IMG/VR virus record: IMGVR_UViG_3300028833_000011 | Direction: 5' to 3' (one strand) | Length of the DNA stretch: 20,000 nucleotides | Origin: an uncultured virus (IMG/VR IMGVR_UViG_3300028833_000011) | Lineage: Duplodnaviria > Heunggongvirae > Uroviricota > Caudoviricetes | In this document: positions 16,961 to 20,000 of the stretch, one piece after another | Layout of the letters: every line of letters starts with the position of its first letter | Position numbering within the stretch: the stretch's first letter is position 1 | Position numbers and translations under genes: made by a program | Notes under the pieces: model-generated | The model's database searches: none | What the model saw: only the letters and a program-made list of their open reading frames with translations | What the model was told of the DNA's origin: nothing

Positions 16961-19588
16961 ATGCCAGAAAAAATTAACTTAGGACGAATAATGCCTATCC
17001 ATAGGGGGGATTATTCAAGCAACACCACCTACGAAAAGATGGATGTTGTCAAAAGCGGCGGCGCGACGTATTGGTGCAAGCAGCAATGTACGGGAGTAAC
17101 ACCGCCAAATGACACCTATTGGGTTAAGTTGGCCGACAAGGGAGAGGACGGCACCAACGGACAAGATGGCGCCGATGGACTTGACGCATACCAACCTTTC
17201 AAGGGATGGTATGACACATCATCCTCGCTCAGCACGGCCTTTCCTACACCACAAGTGGGCGACTACGCTTACGTGGTTGGCGCGTCGTCGTCAGACCCAG
17301 TAACTATCTACAAGTGCGCTACGGCGGGTACTTGGGCAGACAGCGGAAGGACTTTCAACCCTGCAAATAATCAAGAGTTTGCAAGTGGCGAATCGCTTAA
17401 TACTGTACGTATTATTGATAGGCTTGAGAGTTCGTCGGCTACTGATGTGCTATCGGCGAAACAGGGAAAGGTGCTCGACCAAAAGGTGGACGAATTAGGC
17501 CAAGAAATAAGCGATGAGATAACGGGGTTTGAACTCTACAACTATTCAGTTTTGGCAAGCGGCAAGTTTGGCACAAGCACCACATACAAGCATACTGCCG
17601 TTGCAGTGAATGTTGGAGAAAAGTATATACTGATAGCCACGTCTCCAGATGCACGATATGCTTTTGCCACATCATCTTCATATTCGTCTGGCGGCAATAT
17701 TCCACTTGTGAGCGGAACTTCCGTTGTTGGAATGACAACAGCCAACACATACCACCATGTTGTCATTCCTTCGGGTTGCACACATCTTGTATTCTCGGCA
17801 GGTGACTACTACGGCACAAGGCTCTTCAAAGAGGGCAAAATTAAGAGAATGTCAGGCTCTCTTGATGAGCTGAGCCAAAAGATGGAAGAGGTCGATGATT
17901 CTTTAAGGGAAAAGACGGAAAGTTGGCAAACTCTTGCAACTTCGGCAGACCTCACTGGCACAAACTTCTATTCGTTGAGCGGTTCAAGCGTATATAGCAC
18001 AAGCGGCTCAAGTATCAACGCAGCAGGTCTGATGTTTCCTTGTCAGAAGGGGGACGTGTTCCGCATCTACACAAAAGGAGGCAGCGGCGATGCAAGAGCG
18101 TGGGGTGTTGTCAATAGCGGGACTACGATATTGTCGAAAAGGAGCGGGTCTATCGACGCTCTCACCAATCCAATAATCCTCGAAATCACCGACGATGATG
18201 CCGCGAAGTTGTATGTCAATATGTATGGCACCAACCGCGACAATTTCCGCGTTGAAAAGCAGGTGGTATCGTATGGCGACATCTTGCCAGTCGTGACACA
18301 GCAGGACTTTGAAGACGCTGTTGCCGAGATTGATGCGAAGGATGCAAGCCAGGACGAAAGTATCGCTGCCATACAGAATGACATCGGCGACGAAGAATAT
18401 GCCTATGAGGACGTGGCAGATTCCTCTGACCTTGACACGGAGAAATGGTATTCGCTGACGGGCTCGTCTGTGAGCTCTTCCACTGATATGTCCTACGGCT
18501 ATCGCGGTTTTAAGATACCCGTAGCGAAGGGCGACATCTACGAGGTCAAGACTTATGGAGGCTCGACAACTGGTAGTGCAAGGAGCTGGGCTATTGCAAC
18601 TGAGAGCGGCTCTATCCTATCCCGTGCAGATGCAACGCCTCGCGACTTGGTGACGAACCCTGCATTGGTGGAGATTACGCAAGATACAGCCGCATACCTA
18701 TACGGCAACTGCTACAGCAGCCATTATAGCAGATTCTCCGTCCGCAAGGTTACGGTCACGAAGATAACGAAATTTACCAGAATCAACCAGCGGCTCATTG
18801 CGATAGAAGAGGCCATGCCGTCGTTGGAGAATCATCTCGCGGCGAAAGCTATTCTCTTGATTGGGGCATCGTTTGCCTATTCCGAGAACACTTGGTTCGA
18901 GCAGGCTTGTGAGCAACTGAATCTTACAGCCATCAACAAGGCTGTATCAGGCTCGAAGATTCACGCAGATGCGGTGAAACTTATGAATGGAACGTTGTTC
19001 GACGACATCAATTCCTTCGACATCTTTGCGATGATGCACGTCCACAATTACAGCATTGCCAACAATCTTGCAGCCGCATACAAGGATTATTCGGCAGCAG
19101 ATTACGAGGAAGACACGGACTTCACGTCTGCAATGACCAATGGCACGGCGACAAATGCATGGTATTCTGCAGCCTTCGACTACATCATCAAGAAGTATCA
19201 GACCTTGTGCTACGCAGAAAAAGACAACCAAGATTCTCCTTGGTATGGCAAGAAAAGCGGCAAGCCTTGCGTGATAGTCATTTGCACATCTTGGCATGAT
19301 GCAAGGCAGACTTACAATAATGCGGCGAAGGCATTGGCTGAAAAATGGGGCTTGCACCTGTGCAATTTTGCCGACAACATCGGTTTTTCATGCCAACGTC
19401 TTAATGCCGCAACTGGCGCACAGCCATCCATCATCTTTGCCAATGAAACCACAACAGAGACATTCTCGATTGATGGTGTCAGCGGGACTTACACCGTAGG
19501 ATGGCATCCCTTGAGGGGTAGAAGCCAATACATTCAGCAGAAGATGGCAAAGATTTTTGCCGATTGTGTGAGAGAGCACTTGTGGTAG
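16961..19588 (+). CDS. Tail fibre / receptor-binding protein with duplicated beta domains and C-terminal SGNH-like (DUF5040-like) domain
   Basis: N-terminal RGDY..TTYEKMDVV..P.DTYW module, fibre repeat DRLESSSATDVLSAKQGKVL, internal duplication, and C-terminal LLIGAS / NKAVSG / HVHN / GWHP blocks. Confidence 0.75.
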   Translation: MPEKINLGRIMPIHRGDYSSNTTYEKMDVVKSGGATYWCKQQCTGVTPPNDTYWVKLADKGEDGTNGQDGADGLDAYQPFKGWYDTSSSLSTAFPTPQVGDYAYVVGASSSDPVTIYKCATAGTWADSGRTFNPANNQEFASGESLNTVRIIDRLESSSATDVLSAKQGKVLDQKVDELGQEISDEITGFELYNYSVLASGKFGTSTTYKHTAVAVNVGEKYILIATSPDARYAFATSSSYSSGGNIPLVSGTSVVGMTTANTYHHVVIPSGCTHLVFSAGDYYGTRLFKEGKIKRMSGSLDELSQKMEEVDDSLREKTESWQTLATSADLTGTNFYSLSGSSVYSTSGSSINAAGLMFPCQKGDVFRIYTKGGSGDARAWGVVNSGTTILSKRSGSIDALTNPIILEITDDDAAKLYVNMYGTNRDNFRVEKQVVSYGDILPVVTQQDFEDAVAEIDAKDASQDESIAAIQNDIGDEEYAYEDVADSSDLDTEKWYSLTGSSVSSSTDMSYGYRGFKIPVAKGDIYEVKTYGGSTTGSARSWAIATESGSILSRADATPRDLVTNPALVEITQDTAAYLYGNCYSSHYSRFSVRKVTVTKITKFTRINQRLIAIEEAMPSLENHLAAKAILLIGASFAYSENTWFEQACEQLNLTAINKAVSGSKIHADAVKLMNGTLFDDINSFDIFAMMHVHNYSIANNLAAAYKDYSAADYEEDTDFTSAMTNGTATNAWYSAAFDYIIKKYQTLCYAEKDNQDSPWYGKKSGKPCVIVICTSWHDARQTYNNAAKALAEKWGLHLCNFADNIGFSCQRLNAATGAQPSIIFANETTTETFSIDGVSGTYTVGWHPLRGRSQYIQQKMAKIFADCVREHLW
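17921..18748 (+). repeat. Intragenic duplication of a ~110 aa domain (approx. 17921-18259 and 18404-18748)
   Basis: Shared S.DL...YSL.GSSV, KGD(V/I), K..GGS..G.AR.W, ILS, TNP..EIT.D.AA.LY.N.Y and F.V.K between the two copies. Confidence 0.8.
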
Positions 19589-19589
19589 G

Positions 19590-19619
19590 CTTACCTATTT
19601 AGAGCCCTAAATAGGTGAG
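19590..19619. other. 13-bp hairpin directly after the fibre gene stop
   Basis: CTTACCTATTTAG-agcc-CTAAATAGGTGAG with one G-U pair; no U-tract follows. Confidence 0.65.
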
Positions 19620-19621
19620 GT

Positions 19622-19673
19622 AACAAACAAGCCATCCTGCCAACTTCTTGGTAGGGTAAGTGGGGTGGCTTTT
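19622..19673. terminator. Possible bidirectional terminator / structured element
   Basis: AAGCCATCC (19629-37) pairs with GGGTGGCTT (19663-71) around an inner stem TGCCAA-cttc-TTGGTA. TTTT follows on +, TTGTTTGTT on -. Confidence 0.5.
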
Positions 19674-19691
19674 AACAAACAAATAAAGATT

Positions 19692-19841
19692 ATGGCAAAG
19701 ATACTTCAATGTCCGCATCTTGCTTGCGTCAGCCTTTCAACATATTGTCTGAATGGGCGATTCCCAATAGATTGCGAGTCTTGCGATTGCAAGGACAAAC
19801 AATATGTTGAACAAACAACAAGTAATATAACTAACATTTAA
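19692..19841 (+). CDS. 49 aa Cys-rich microprotein (not in the ORF track)
   Basis: MAKILQCPHLACVSLSTYCLNGRFPIDCESCDCKDKQYVEQTTSNITNI (my translation), with A-rich leader AAATAAAGATT-ATG. Confidence 0.6.
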   Translation: MAKILQCPHLACVSLSTYCLNGRFPIDCESCDCKDKQYVEQTTSNITNI

Positions 19842-19852
19842 CAACAAAGATT

Positions 19853-20000
19853 ATGAAAGATTTAGAAAAACTGAAAATCGAACAAGTAGAGCTGAAAGAG
19901 AAGCTGCTGCAACTGATTGACTTCATGAACGGCGAGGAGTTCGCTGGTCTTGATGGCACTGAAAAGGGACTTCTTGCAAGCCAGAGGGCAGGCATGGAGG
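19853..20000 (+). CDS. Partial small helical-hairpin protein, crAss001_48-like
   Basis: MKDLEKLKIEQVELKEKLLQLIDFMNGEEFAGLDGTEKGLLASQRAGME matches the E..EL.EK..L..F...E.F..L...LL..Q...M pattern of that family as I recall it. Leader AACAAAGATT-ATG. Confidence 0.7.
   Translation, partial: MKDLEKLKIEQVELKEKLLQLIDFMNGEEFAGLDGTEKGLLASQRAGME

Noticed and set aside
14300..19588. Diversity-generating retroelement target or invertible fibre cassette
   Set aside because: No reverse transcriptase, no TR/VR-like repeat pair differing at adenines, no recombinase and no flanking inverted repeats seen in this window.
1..20000. Stop-codon reassignment as in some Bacteroidota phages
   Set aside because: Genes are full length in the standard code, and TAG/TGA stops fall at sensible gene ends. 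For the TAG junctions checked (1285, 15934), read-through would not fuse in frame with the next gene.

Overview
The window is the virion-morphogenesis region of a tailed dsDNA phage (or prophage), probably a siphovirus of a Bacteroidota host. Host evidence: TAnnTTTG promoter boxes, A-rich leaders without Shine-Dalgarno sequences, and resemblance to Bacteroidales phage protein families. Two operons diverge from an AT-rich spacer at 5372-5558. Leftwards (- strand): scaffold, head decoration protein, lambda-gpE-like major capsid, four neck/tail-completion proteins, major tail protein, a terminator and the start of a likely tail chaperone. Rightwards (+ strand): large terminase, portal, a lysis cassette (holin-like, amidase endolysin, unimolecular-spanin-like lipoprotein), a ~1,520 aa tail protein, collagen-containing fibre proteins and an 875 aa fibre ending in an SGNH-like (DUF5040-like) domain. 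A hairpin-rich spacer and two small ORFs follow. Main points of interest: the divergent split of head genes from terminase/portal, three copies of one 11-mer promoter motif, no GATC or CCGG seen in 20 kb, compositional signs of swapped receptor-binding modules, and a candidate host-derived esterase on the fibre. All family assignments come from motif recognition by eye and all counts are hand counts; no searches were run. I found no clear evidence of a wholly new system such as a DGR, CRISPR array, recoding or defence island.
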